Source: a virus (Duplodnaviria; Heunggongvirae; Uroviricota; Caudoviricetes). Taken from it: 64,000 nt of DNA. The notes under the pieces are model-generated. The model was given only the letters and a program-made list of their open reading frames with translations. It was not told the DNA's origin and did not search any database. Location of the stretch: the IMG/VR virus record IMGVR_UViG_3300013121_000003, positions 98,674 to 162,673 of that record, one strand, 5' to 3'. Shown one piece after another: positions 27,138-36,881 of the stretch (within the stretch, counting starts at the first letter, position 1; every line of letters starts with the position of its first letter). Position numbers and translations under genes: made by a program.

Positions 27138-27551
27138 CTATTTATACAATTCTGATTCCGAAAAAAATGGAGTTAGATCAGCAGGAGAATATTGGTCTGA
27201 TTTCAAGACCTTTCCATCTTCACGAGTCAAGACCTTTCCGTCTTTGGTCAACTTAGACATATTGGAACGATGAACTTCATCAAAACAATCATCAAATGGA
27301 ATTCCAAGAGTCACTGCCAAACCAAGTACAACGTAAACCAAATCACAAAGTTCCTTGGAAATTTTAACTGCATTTGTTTTGTTGGATGAAGACATCATTA
27401 CGTCTAATTCATCCATCAGTTCTTTTAGTTCTTCGTTGATTAGTTTTTTTCTGAGAGTTATCGTTTCATTACTTGGAACTGTAAACTTATCTGGACGAGG
27501 TAATCCAAAGGCTTCGTGGAATTCTTCAACTTCATCACGATTAGATTTCAT
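27138..27551 (-). CDS. mazG: MazG-like nucleoside triphosphate pyrophosphohydrolase
   Basis: EVEEFHEAFG...EELKELMDEL...DLVYVVLGLA matches the MazG helical-bundle motifs. Confidence 0.65.
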   Translation of the reverse strand: MKSNRDEVEEFHEAFGLPRPDKFTVPSNETITLRKKLINEELKELMDELDVMMSSSNKTNAVKISKELCDLVYVVLGLAVTLGIPFDDCFDEVHRSNMSKLTKDGKVLTREDGKVLKSDQYSPADLTPFFSESELYK

Positions 27552-27561
27552 AATTTACCTT

Positions 27562-27885
27562 TCAATATAATGCTGGATAATAAACACAAATTACTTTATA
27601 TTTATCCAAAAATTTTTGAGCACAGATATGAATTTGATTGTCTTGTGATGGTCTTCTAGAAATAGTAGTATCATTAGTTCTGACAAGAAATGTACCATAT
27701 ACACTTGTCATCAATTCTCCATCTGCTGCTTTTTCGATTTTAGTGACAACTGCACAGTCTTTGGAATGACAACATTCTTGGTCATACCAATCATGTGCTT
27801 TTGCAGATTTGACGCAACTCGAAATTGTTGAGCCAAGTATCATACAAATAATAAATATAAACAACATTTCACTATATTTAATCAT
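27562..27885 (-). CDS. Small Cys-containing secreted/membrane protein
   Basis: Signal-like N-terminus MLFIFIICMILGSTISSC. Confidence 0.5.
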   Translation of the reverse strand: MIKYSEMLFIFIICMILGSTISSCVKSAKAHDWYDQECCHSKDCAVVTKIEKAADGELMTSVYGTFLVRTNDTTISRRPSQDNQIHICAQKFLDKYKVICVYYPALY

Positions 27886-28240
27886 TTTTTTTCCTTTCGA
27901 ATCTTATATAACCTAATTTTTTCATTTTTTTTCTAAGTTTCAGATTGTTGTCATACAAAAGCATTTTTTGATATGATGTTAAAACATAAAAATCATATCT
28001 TTCTAGTATTTTTGAACAAACCTTTCCGTTTCCAAATACAATACATCTTCGAATTGTATCTGAATCTAATTCATGCTTTGACGCCAAAAGATAAAGTTGG
28101 TTGCAATTTGCATGAAAAGATATTTCATATTTTAATGAATGTGATAGTTTTTCACGTTTAAGTAAATATTCAATAAATTTTTTTCTATATTTCTGTTTGT
28201 TTAACAGTTTATTACATGAATATTCATCTAGCATATTCAT
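27878..28240 (-). CDS. Hypothetical protein (start trimmed so that it does not overlap the tRNA)
   Basis: The first codons of the ORF in the track overlap tRNA-Leu; an internal Met at about 28240 is more plausible. Confidence 0.45.
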   Translation of the reverse strand: MNMLDEYSCNKLLNKQKYRKKFIEYLLKREKLSHSLKYEISFHANCNQLYLLASKHELDSDTIRRCIVFGNGKVCSKILERYDFYVLTSYQKMLLYDNNLKLRKKMKKLGYIRFERKKND

Positions 28241-28248
28241 ATTCCTAA

Positions 28249-28334
28249 TGGTGCCGGGAGTGGGACTCGAACCCACACGCCTTGATGGCGAGACATTTTA
28301 AGTGTCTTGTGGCTACCGTTTACACCATCCCGGC
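28249..28334 (-). tRNA. tRNA-Leu (anticodon UAA), type II with a long variable arm; CCA encoded
   Basis: Reverse complement reads GCCGGGA...anticodon stem AGACA-CTTAAAA-TGTCT...GGTTCGAGTCCCACTCCCGGCACCA. Confidence 0.85.
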
Positions 28335-28548
28335 TTCTAAGTCAGTAATTCTCTTGTGTCATTTCGTGAATGATGAACAGCCGCCACATTAATGCGTATA
28401 AAACAAATCTTTGATAGACAATTTTACCACTACTCAACATTGCATCTAGATATGCGAAACAAACTCCGAACGATAGATAAATCATTATCAGCAAACTTAT
28501 AACGTGCCAGACAGTAAACATTTGCTTCCCCTTTTATATAAATGATAA

Positions 28549-28626
28549 TGGCCGAGGCGACAGGATTCGAACCTGCATGTATCCATTAGCTTTCTCCCGT
28601 TTAGAAGACGGGCGGCATACGCCTCG
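28549..28626 (-). tRNA. Atypical tRNA-like element / possible tRNA pseudogene (anticodon-loop-like CUUCUAA implies UCU/Arg; canonical T-arm and acceptor stem; D-arm region too short)
   Basis: Reverse complement CGAGGCG-TA-TGCCG-CCCGT CTTCTAA ACGGG-(19 nt)-GCAGG TTCGAAT CCTGT-CGCCTCG-G-CCA. Confidence 0.35.
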
Positions 28627-28718
28627 TTTTTGGTAGTCCATGGCGGTACTGCCCCGCCTTCTAACGGTTATGAGCCGCTGGCATCACTTTAATGCTTATG
28701 GACCATCTAGGTCAACTA

Positions 28719-29138
28719 TCAATTTCGTTGATGGTCTGTCAAGCTTCTTAAGTGAGATTTGCGAATTCGAACGGATATCCAATCATTGTACCAATCATCG
28801 TGTAGAAGTACATCATGAACGAATTGCTCACGAGCTTCATAATAACTCATTTCTGCTTTGGATTTGCAAAGGCGAAGAATAGTTCTTCGGAAATTATTTT
28901 CACCAAATTCTTTGACATCATTCTGTAAACTTTCCGAAGAACCGAAATAATCCCTCCAATTGGACGGCACCCTTTTCCGTTTCTTCTTTTTATTCTTTTG
29001 GTATGTCTTGGATTTAGTTGTCAGTTTTTTACCGACGTACTTTCGACCAGATTGAATATTTTCTATCAGGTAAACAAACCCGACAAAACCTTCCATTATC
29101 TCGTCTGTGACTTTTTCATTTTGATAAATCCATTCCAT
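28719..29138 (-). CDS. GIY-YIG homing endonuclease (Seg-like)
   Basis: GFVGFVYLIENIQSGRKYVGKK GIY-YIG motif; basic KKKKRKR linker. Confidence 0.75.
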   Translation of the reverse strand: MEWIYQNEKVTDEIMEGFVGFVYLIENIQSGRKYVGKKLTTKSKTYQKNKKKKRKRVPSNWRDYFGSSESLQNDVKEFGENNFRRTILRLCKSKAEMSYYEAREQFVHDVLLHDDWYNDWISVRIRKSHLRSLTDHQRN

Positions 29139-29146
29139 CTACCTAT

Positions 29147-30154
29147 TTAGTATGATGGAAATAGTTGAACATATTTTACATACCAAGAATAAATTTCTGG
29201 GTCTTCGTTCTTTACCTTATCATAGAGAAATTCATAGGAATATTTACAATCTCTGAAAACTCTACCATCTCCGTCCCAATCTTCAATCAACGAACGTAAA
29301 TATTGAATGATATCTTTATCTTCGTCTGTTGCAACTTCAAAACCGTCAATACCTGTTTCAGCATAACCATATCCATCTGACCAATCCAGTCGATTTTGAT
29401 GAAGATAGTAAGCTAACCTTAGATATTTGTTTCTGTTGATAATATCTTGAAGAAGAGAATATTGATCTAAATTAGCAACAGTATCATAGAAATTCTCTTT
29501 GATTTCATGATATTTCTTATAGAATTCTGTAATGAAAACTATCTGCTTACGTTTATTTTCTTCAAATTTCTTTTCAATTTCGGCTGCTTCGATTTCTTTC
29601 AATCTTAAATTAGCAGCCGTTGTAACCTTCCTTTTATAATCTTCAATGTTTGGCTTAATGAATTGTGCTGGACCAATTGGAAATTTTTTGTTCAAATCTT
29701 CGATGTAACCAGAATCAATTCTTTTAGACTTTGGATATCTGGCTCTCGATTTAGGATCATTGATAAAATAATGTTCTGGAATTCCGAAATTCATCATGAA
29801 CATTTTAATTGTTTCACGAATCTTCTTATTATATTCTGAGACTTCAATATTGTGTTTGTCAATATCCTCAATCAAAACTTTGAGATTATCAAGTTTTTCG
29901 TAAAGTTCTTTTTCTTTAGTAGCAACACCTTCTTTACTCAAATACGTAAAATGTTTATCTGTGTCATTATACAAAACTTTCATTTCATTAAGAAACTTAT
30001 TTACCTCATTTGAATATAATCGATAAGATTTTGATTCGATCTTACCTCCACAAAGTACCTCAAGCCTCTTATCCTTTTCTGCGACTTCAGCTTGAATATA
30101 TTTCAATGCGTCGTCAATCTTCGTAACTGTCATATATGTCATTCTACATCCCAA
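29147..30154 (-). CDS. Hypothetical protein
   Basis: 335-aa ORF. Confidence 0.55.
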   Translation of the reverse strand: MGCRMTYMTVTKIDDALKYIQAEVAEKDKRLEVLCGGKIESKSYRLYSNEVNKFLNEMKVLYNDTDKHFTYLSKEGVATKEKELYEKLDNLKVLIEDIDKHNIEVSEYNKKIRETIKMFMMNFGIPEHYFINDPKSRARYPKSKRIDSGYIEDLNKKFPIGPAQFIKPNIEDYKRKVTTAANLRLKEIEAAEIEKKFEENKRKQIVFITEFYKKYHEIKENFYDTVANLDQYSLLQDIINRNKYLRLAYYLHQNRLDWSDGYGYAETGIDGFEVATDEDKDIIQYLRSLIEDWDGDGRVFRDCKYSYEFLYDKVKNEDPEIYSWYVKYVQLFPSY

Positions 30155-30360
30155 AGTGTATCGAATTTACGGCAAGCATTATCAATCAATCTTTTTTGTT
30201 CCGAATAAGAAAGTTCTCCATTACCTCTTCTGTGTGCATAAGACCAATTGTCAATTAAGACAATTGCCTTTTGAATAATTTTATCATTACCGCTTATTAT
30301 GGCAATGTTTATAGCATGAAAAAATCTTTCATATCTTTGAATTTTTTCGTTTTTATCCAT
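30139..30360 (-). CDS. Hypothetical protein
   Basis: 73-aa ORF. Confidence 0.45.
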   Translation of the reverse strand: MDKNEKIQRYERFFHAINIAIISGNDKIIQKAIVLIDNWSYAHRRGNGELSYSEQKRLIDNACRKFDTLWDVE

Positions 30361-31460
30361 CAGAAAAATCCAAACTTTGTGTTGTCTTGATTGTGTTCGT
30401 CTTCTTTTTTATTGAGGATTTCCGCCAATGAATAGCTTCTATCCTCTTTGAGTTTGGGCAGCTTGTGGACCTTACAAACCGCATTAGCTTCCTGTAGATT
30501 GAGAGTTCTGAACTTGATGATATCGAAGCAACGGCCTGGACGAAGCAACGCAGGATCAACGTCATCCAATGACGATAGATTGGTTGTGAAGATGATCTTC
30601 TTATTCTTGATAGGAGACAAGCCATCCGAGAAATTCAGAACTTTCGAAACTGATTTGTTCGTGGTCTTCTTTCTATCCGACAATAGAGCATCAGCGTCTT
30701 CAACGATCATGATGTTTTTTTCTTCATCGAACATGAAGTCCAGATAGAACTTATCAGCTTCCATGATACTTTGATCATACGTCGTGATCGCATTGAAATG
30801 ATTCGATGTAAGAATATACTTCAAGAACGTCGTTTTTCCTGTTCCCGGTGGACCTTGAAGAAACAATAATGCGGCTGAACTTTCCAGATATTTCTTGATG
30901 TAATTGTCAACATTCATCTTCAGGAATGGATAATGCTCTGAAGGAACATTGATAACATCAGTAAACGTAACCTCACGAGTTCTTGAAGATGGACCTTCTT
31001 TATAATGAAACGTTAATTCTGATGGTTTCTTTTCATTCTTCAACAAATCAGCAATTTTCTCATGAGTTTTTTCGTCAGTACATACATAAAATTTATGTTT
31101 CACAAACCTATCTGAACTATGAAAATAAAGTTCGTCATTCCAACCGGAAAACGAATATTCATCATCAACCTTGATCATCTTCATATCTTTGTTCAAGGTA
31201 TAAGTCGGATGCGCAGGATCAGATTGATGACGATCATCAAAATTTGATATAGAAGAATCACAAATTTTCATCAACAAATCAGAAATTTCTTTGGAAGGCG
31301 AACCACCTTTATTGATATAAAAATATTCTCTGGTCATACATTCTGTATGAGTTTTGAGGAAATTATATTTCCAACAATCACGGATATAACGCATAACATC
31401 GGTGTTTCCATCAAACACCCAAGATGTTTCTGGGCAGAACTTTGCAAGATTATTTTTCAT
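30360..31460 (-). CDS. Classical-clade AAA+ ATPase (FtsH/Bcs1-like ATPase module without a protease domain) with an ~190-aa N-terminal domain
   Basis: Walker A GPPGTGKTT; Walker B IMIVEDAD; sensor-2-like RPGRCFD. Confidence 0.7.
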   Translation of the reverse strand: MKNNLAKFCPETSWVFDGNTDVMRYIRDCWKYNFLKTHTECMTREYFYINKGGSPSKEISDLLMKICDSSISNFDDRHQSDPAHPTYTLNKDMKMIKVDDEYSFSGWNDELYFHSSDRFVKHKFYVCTDEKTHEKIADLLKNEKKPSELTFHYKEGPSSRTREVTFTDVINVPSEHYPFLKMNVDNYIKKYLESSAALLFLQGPPGTGKTTFLKYILTSNHFNAITTYDQSIMEADKFYLDFMFDEEKNIMIVEDADALLSDRKKTTNKSVSKVLNFSDGLSPIKNKKIIFTTNLSSLDDVDPALLRPGRCFDIIKFRTLNLQEANAVCKVHKLPKLKEDRSYSLAEILNKKEDEHNQDNTKFGFF

Positions 31461-31546
31461 GTCTCTTCTTCACAGTTAACGAATGGAGTTTAGAAAAGCT
31501 GCAAGCATTTCTCCAAATACTTGCAGCCATTCTCTAAAGGAACGAA

Positions 31547-32422
31547 TCACTTCTTCGTTCCGGTAATGTCGTTTAGGTTGATTAGAGGAATTGCACCAGA
31601 ATTAACTCTGGGCATTTCTCCGTTCCATCTCTGGATTGCATTGTATTGAACAAGTTCTGGTGTCAGAGATTTAGCCAAGATCAAGTTCGCTTCAGCTTGG
31701 GCTTTGGCAACTGCCAAGATCGATTCTGCTTGTCCTCGTGCCTCTTCGATCTTCTTGTCGGCTTCAGCTTTGGCTTGAGCAACTTCGTTTTGACGCTGTT
31801 GAGCCATCTGTGTTGCTGCGATCTTAGCGTTCAAAGACGCAATAACCGCTTGTGGAAGTCGAATTTCTCCAATCCAGTAAATACTTTCAACTTTGAGTCC
31901 AATAGGTAGAACAAATTCACGAACTCGTGTTTCTACCTTTCCCATAATGTCAATTTTTCCTTTACCATAAAGGTCTTCTACTGTTCTTGTAGAAGCCGCT
32001 TCAACGAGTGCATCTCGAATAATGTTTCTTAGATAAACATCCGTGATTTCATCTATTCCCTTACGATACTTTTGGAAAAGAACTGGAACCTTTGATGGAT
32101 CAACCGAATATGTAATTCCGATATCAGCGGAAACCGTCAACCCCTCAACTGTTTGGAAAACAAATTCGTCATTTCCAGGAGAACCGCACGCTTTGTCACT
32201 TCCTCTTGTCCAACACCCATTTTGTGTAAACGTTGGGAAAAGGAAGAGTTCTTCATACATTCCAATCCAATATCGTCCAGGAGTAAGTTCTTCCATACTC
32301 ACTCCCTTGTCACCACCATACTTCTTGACCTTGATACCCACATGACCAGCCGGAACATTAGAACATCCGATCAATGAAAGTCCAATTCCAGCACAGACGA
32401 TTGCACGAACCAACCACTTCAT
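31547..32422 (-). CDS. SPFH/band-7 (prohibitin/HflC-like) lipoprotein
   Basis: Lipobox LIGC after the signal peptide; SPFH core followed by an Ala/Gln-rich coiled coil. Confidence 0.7.
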   Translation of the reverse strand: MKWLVRAIVCAGIGLSLIGCSNVPAGHVGIKVKKYGGDKGVSMEELTPGRYWIGMYEELFLFPTFTQNGCWTRGSDKACGSPGNDEFVFQTVEGLTVSADIGITYSVDPSKVPVLFQKYRKGIDEITDVYLRNIIRDALVEAASTRTVEDLYGKGKIDIMGKVETRVREFVLPIGLKVESIYWIGEIRLPQAVIASLNAKIAATQMAQQRQNEVAQAKAEADKKIEEARGQAESILAVAKAQAEANLILAKSLTPELVQYNAIQRWNGEMPRVNSGAIPLINLNDITGTKK

Positions 32423-32628
32423 TTCTTCTCTCCATTTGTATATTTCTTTACTTCATTGATTATGCTCTTGATGAAGTAAATCGTTAGCGGAATAACCATA
32501 ACAAACATTAAAGCAAGTCCGAAAAAAAAGATTACATCATCCTTTTCGGAAATCATTAGTGGTAGAACAACCCCATAACAAAATAAAAGGATTGCTCCGA
32601 TTGGTAGCAACTTCCAATAAAGGTTCAT
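32419..32628 (-). CDS. Small two-TM membrane protein, translationally coupled to the SPFH gene
   Basis: 69-aa hydrophobic ORF; ATGA overlap. Confidence 0.5.
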   Translation of the reverse strand: MNLYWKLLPIGAILLFCYGVVLPLMISEKDDVIFFFGLALMFVMVIPLTIYFIKSIINEVKKYTNGEKK

Positions 32629-32637
32629 TTCACATCC

Positions 32638-34869
32638 TTATAAAACACACGTTGATTCTCCTGTTTCACTGACGCCTCCACAAGATTGAGCACCTAACGT
32701 ATCTACATCCACGAATTTACGTTCTTCTAGCTCTGTTGCAAAGTCAATTTCAACGTAGTGTTGCTGAATCTTCTCCCACCGATGCAGAAGAAACACATCC
32801 TTCAGACAATACTCTGTCTTCTGAAGATCATTGTTAAAATAATTGATTGCAAATTTTTCAAATCTTCTGACCCAATCATTTTTTAAAGAACTTTCTTCTG
32901 AATTATCTCTAAATTGCATAGAATCTACAATGTTGTGATAAACATATGAACAAGCATCCCATAAATTAGGAAATACTTTCAGACCATCAACAATTAATCC
33001 TGAAGCAAACATAGAGCCGACACCATATTCATCTATGATTTCTTCGTGAGTTAAAACTTTCGTAAATGGAGCTTGGTTATAAATCTTATCGCCAGTCATA
33101 GGCAGGAGAGAAACACCAGCAAAACTATAACGATTTTCAAACAAATATTCTTCAACTTCATCCCAATCATCAACAACAATTGTATTGGAAATATTATGTC
33201 TCAATCTTGGATCAGCACAACGTTCGATATCAGTTCCATATTCAATCCAGTTCATTTGTGCTTTCTTGACGTATTCGAGAAGATAAACACCTAATAAATT
33301 TTCTTTATAAAGTGAACCTTCTTTTGAAATAATTGGAAATGAAATGACATAATCCGTATGATTGGCAGACCAAATTGAATCTTCAACCATATATGGGTTC
33401 TTCTCTTTAATCAGTTCAGCTACTTCAGAAAGTTTATTCATCTGAACATTTCTGATATATCGAGCCGAATGTTCAGGATGGATTCCATTTGGCGTCTTGA
33501 GAATTACCCCAGAATTTCCAGATGGTTTGGTTGTTGTTGCTCTGGCCGCTGGATTGATTCCGATCAACTTAGCAACTTCTCTGTTAACTTGACGAACAAG
33601 TAAAGCACCTTCTCGCATATTATCTTCATCAAACAAAACTTCTGGATTAGACATCCACCCATTAATTGAAACGCCAAGTAACGCTTCTCGATCACATAGA
33701 GCTTTTGATTCAGGAGAAAGGAATGGGAAGTCAGTATATCCAGCCTGAAGAGTTCCGAGAATCGAGGCAGCACGACAAGCCTTCAGGAACTCTTCTTTGG
33801 TTGTGCACATTGATCCATTTATATCTGATAGATTACATAATTCAAATCCAGTTTTTCCATTTATTGTTGGATATAGAGAAATTTCACAACATGGATTAAA
33901 TCCAAATTCCGAAGAATCAACAAAAATAAATCCAGGTTCTCCAAATTGTTTTACTTTAGAAAAAAACTTTGAAAAATTTTCTTTAGTAATTTTATCTCTT
34001 ACAATTACCGCTGAATTATTTGATCTAGCTCTTTGTGGATTTTCGTTGAACCAATTTCCAGTCTTGGCGTTCATCATTTCAACATCGTCAGGAGAGAAGA
34101 GACAGATTGCGGCTGATCTTCTCAAACCACCAGACAGAACAGCGTCCGAAACGTGCATGATAATATCATACACTTCAATCGGTTTTAGCTTTCTCTTTTT
34201 ATCCTTATTGATAATTCCTTGAAGTAAATGCTCAACTCTATCCAAACAAAGTCTTAGGCCATCAGGACCAGGAGCTTTGAAACCACCAGAAATTTTAGCG
34301 CCTTTGGGTCTAATCTTTGTCAAATCGAAATAAACTCTATGCCCTTTGAATTCAGGATGTTTTCCACCATCTTCAAAATAAGATGACATCAAAACATCAA
34401 TAGCTGTTGCCCATCCTTCAATCGAATCATCCACGACATGAAGTTTTGGGTTCTTTGTCCTGTTCATAATGTTTGGAAGTTTAGAAATATGCTGTTCTTG
34501 AACTGAAAACCCGACGCCAGCACCAGAAAGTAAAAGGAAAAATGTTTCCCCGAACGCTGGTGGTCGATCTATGTATGTATAAGCACAGTTGAACGATTTA
34601 GCGTGATTTTTTAGTAACTGTTCTCCACCAAATTGAAGGGTTCTCTGCGAACCGAGAACCCTTTTTTCCTTATACGCCTTTGTTGCTTCTTGAACGTATT
34701 CTTCTAATTGATCCGACCATTTATCCTTATAGAATGTTCTATGCAGATTCATTACCCTATCAACTGCTTCATCCCAAGTTTCGTATCGTTTCTTTTCTTC
34801 GTCGTATCGTGCGTAACTTTCATAGAATTTGGATTGAGACAAGAGTTCTCGGGTATCTGAAAATGGCAT
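32638..34869 (-). CDS. Ribonucleotide reductase large (catalytic) subunit with no ATP-cone; no small-subunit gene is seen nearby, suggesting a monomeric class II (NrdJ-like) enzyme
   Basis: FNPCCEISL active-site motif, TTKPSGNSG radical-site motif, C-terminal Cys pair. Confidence 0.7.
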   Translation of the reverse strand: MPFSDTRELLSQSKFYESYARYDEEKKRYETWDEAVDRVMNLHRTFYKDKWSDQLEEYVQEATKAYKEKRVLGSQRTLQFGGEQLLKNHAKSFNCAYTYIDRPPAFGETFFLLLSGAGVGFSVQEQHISKLPNIMNRTKNPKLHVVDDSIEGWATAIDVLMSSYFEDGGKHPEFKGHRVYFDLTKIRPKGAKISGGFKAPGPDGLRLCLDRVEHLLQGIINKDKKRKLKPIEVYDIIMHVSDAVLSGGLRRSAAICLFSPDDVEMMNAKTGNWFNENPQRARSNNSAVIVRDKITKENFSKFFSKVKQFGEPGFIFVDSSEFGFNPCCEISLYPTINGKTGFELCNLSDINGSMCTTKEEFLKACRAASILGTLQAGYTDFPFLSPESKALCDREALLGVSINGWMSNPEVLFDEDNMREGALLVRQVNREVAKLIGINPAARATTTKPSGNSGVILKTPNGIHPEHSARYIRNVQMNKLSEVAELIKEKNPYMVEDSIWSANHTDYVISFPIISKEGSLYKENLLGVYLLEYVKKAQMNWIEYGTDIERCADPRLRHNISNTIVVDDWDEVEEYLFENRYSFAGVSLLPMTGDKIYNQAPFTKVLTHEEIIDEYGVGSMFASGLIVDGLKVFPNLWDACSYVYHNIVDSMQFRDNSEESSLKNDWVRRFEKFAINYFNNDLQKTEYCLKDVFLLHRWEKIQQHYVEIDFATELEERKFVDVDTLGAQSCGGVSETGESTCVL

Positions 34870-34928
34870 AGAAATATCCTCCTAATAAAATAGGTTTAGT
34901 TTAGAACAAGAGATGATTTAAATGAAAA

Positions 34929-34955
34929 AACCCGAACTGAAATACGCTCGGGGTG
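34929..34955 (-). terminator. Possible terminator hairpin (cccga...tcggg) followed by a T-run on the minus strand
   Basis: Seen directly. Confidence 0.4.
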
Positions 34956-34987
34956 TGATGTACTTAGTATTTTGAAGAGTTGAAAAA

Positions 34988-35347
34988 TCAAGTTTCCTTA
35001 GTGAAAATTTTCACTTTAATTTGAGCTTTTTGGGAAATTTCGATCATGTTTTTGGTGCCTGGACCACCAGTCGGAAAGGCAGCAACCAAATCAGGTTTGC
35101 CGTCTTCTAACATTTTTTTATTTCGGATAATTCCGGCAGCACGTCCATATAGCTTCCAATCAGCTACATAGACCTTCTGTTCGATATTATTTAAATGTGC
35201 CCATTTGTGTGCGAGGAAATCTGCACCTTGAGCACCACCATGAATTAAACATTCAAGTGGTCCGTGCTCTTTGAGCAACTTATCTAGATTTTCTTTTAGG
35301 AAATCAAAATCGTCGAAATCTCTTCCACCAGTAACTAATAACTTCAT
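34988..35347 (-). CDS. SLOG-family / DUF2493-like Rossmann protein
   Basis: LVTGGRDFDDF...IHGGAQGADFLAHKWA...FPTGGPGT motifs. Confidence 0.6.
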   Translation of the reverse strand: MKLLVTGGRDFDDFDFLKENLDKLLKEHGPLECLIHGGAQGADFLAHKWAHLNNIEQKVYVADWKLYGRAAGIIRNKKMLEDGKPDLVAAFPTGGPGTKNMIEISQKAQIKVKIFTKET

Positions 35348-35391
35348 TTAATCTCACAATCTAATCAATTTTTTTTATTATTAACAAAAGC

Positions 35392-35541
35392 ATCAAGAAT
35401 CATTAGATAATCAGCGACTTGGTTCAATATAATTGGACGAATATCACCACAAATTTCTTGTTTATCTAATTCTTTTGAAACAGAACGTAAAGTTTCTATC
35501 CATTCTTCTAAAGTAATTGGATATTCATTTAAATTTCTCAT
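35392..35541 (-). CDS. Small hypothetical ORF (49 aa)
   Basis: Hand-translated; ATGA coupling to the next small ORF. Confidence 0.3.
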
Positions 35542-35711
35542 TCAAACACTTCTTCAAATTTAATTAGTTTAATTTCATCAACGTATAATAAACTGTCATC
35601 AAGTAATTGTCTTAATTCTTCCGTAACAGCTTCATTAGTTGATTGGGTCTTGTCTTCCCAAAATTCATCATTTCCTTCGTTTAATACAATTTTAAATGTC
35701 CATTGTCTCAT
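35538..35711 (-). CDS. Small hypothetical acidic ORF (57 aa)
   Basis: Hand-translated; ATGA overlaps at both ends. Confidence 0.3.
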   Translation of the reverse strand: MRQWTFKIVLNEGNDEFWEDKTQSTNEAVTEELRQLLDDSLLYVDEIKLIKFEEVFE

Positions 35712-36022
35712 GAAATAACATATCCCATTTTTATGATTTTGGATTTCGCAATTTCTTCTGTGAATTTAGATTTTAGTTCTGCGCCACGTAACGTAGAAGA
35801 AATTTGCGTATCTAAATAAATATTTGGTCTATCCGTTAGTTTTTTTATTTCTTTGTTGAAACAGACAATACTTGTTGCCTTGGTTGAAGATTGGTAATAT
35901 AAACAAGTATATTTTGCATTTTTGAAATCAGGATGGTGAAAGTTGAATATTCCCCGCAAAGAATATCCGTTCTTCCTCATCTCCGTGGTGATGTACTCAA
36001 GTTGTGTTTCCATTTGCCCCAA
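35708..36022 (-). CDS. Hypothetical protein
   Basis: 104-aa ORF. Confidence 0.5.
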   Translation of the reverse strand: MGQMETQLEYITTEMRKNGYSLRGIFNFHHPDFKNAKYTCLYYQSSTKATSIVCFNKEIKKLTDRPNIYLDTQISSTLRGAELKSKFTEEIAKSKIIKMGYVIS

Positions 36023-36309
36023 CGAACCTCGATTTTGGATAGAAGATGACCTTCATTTGTGATGACGCATACATTAAAATTCTTCTCACGTAAAGCATCT
36101 TCTACAGCCGTAATGAAAGCAGAGTTCAATACAAGACCCTTGTCAAGTGAATATTCGATCCAGGTTCGGCCAAGTTGTGCTGAATGAGAAATTTCATCTT
36201 CTAATCCTTTTAGTGTTTTCTCGATTCTCTCGTCTAAATTTTCAATACTAATTTTAAATGCTTCTTCTGCTGAAATCATTTTGTTTCTCCTGATTATATT
36301 TCGTTCCAT
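35977..36309 (-). CDS. Hypothetical protein
   Basis: 110-aa ORF. Confidence 0.5.
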   Translation of the reverse strand: MERNIIRRNKMISAEEAFKISIENLDERIEKTLKGLEDEISHSAQLGRTWIEYSLDKGLVLNSAFITAVEDALREKNFNVCVITNEGHLLSKIEVRWGKWKHNLSTSPRR

Positions 36310-36881
36310 TTTTTAGCAATCTCTATACATTTTTCTATATAAGATTTTGCATCGAGTTTATGCTTTGAAAAATTACATTGCGAACAAGCTGATACTGAAT
36401 TTTTTGTTGTATATCCTTCATTATTGTTTAATCGGTCAATTCCATTACTAATACAACTCCCATTATACATCGGGGTTCCATTTCTTGTAAGGAAATTTAG
36501 TTGTTCTTTAGGTTCAGCACCACAATAATAACAATTTTCGCTAGAAATTTTTTTAAATTCTTCTTTTGTTAAATTAAATTCTAGATTTCTTTTCTTTGCT
36601 GATTTTTTATATTGATAAAATATAGAATTGAATTTGGCTTCTCCTTTTGGAAGAGATTTATATTTTCCAGTTCTTTTTGAATTTATTTGTGATTTTATTT
36701 GATTACATCCACACGATTTTATTTTTAATTTAAGTAAATGACTTTGAACTGTAGTTAATTTTCCGCAACGACATTCACATACTGCTTTAGTATGTGTTCC
36801 AGAACCTTTTGATGGTTTAATATCAATAATTTTCAACCATCCGTATACGTCGCCAATTTTTAATTTTAATTTTCTTACCAT
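36294..36881 (-). CDS. HNH-family (zinc-finger-rich) homing-endonuclease-like protein
   Basis: NGIDRLNNNEGY...CSQCNFSKH HNH-like core plus N-terminal CxC zinc fingers; sits between thyX and neighbouring genes. Confidence 0.55.
   Translation of the reverse strand: MVRKLKLKIGDVYGWLKIIDIKPSKGSGTHTKAVCECRCGKLTTVQSHLLKLKIKSCGCNQIKSQINSKRTGKYKSLPKGEAKFNSIFYQYKKSAKKRNLEFNLTKEEFKKISSENCYYCGAEPKEQLNFLTRNGTPMYNGSCISNGIDRLNNNEGYTTKNSVSACSQCNFSKHKLDAKSYIEKCIEIAKKWNEI

Noticed and set aside
28549-28626. A canonical tRNA-Arg(UCU)
   Set aside because: No D-arm can be folded (only ~5 nt lie between the acceptor/8-9 region and the anticodon stem), so it is reported only as an atypical tRNA-like element or pseudogene
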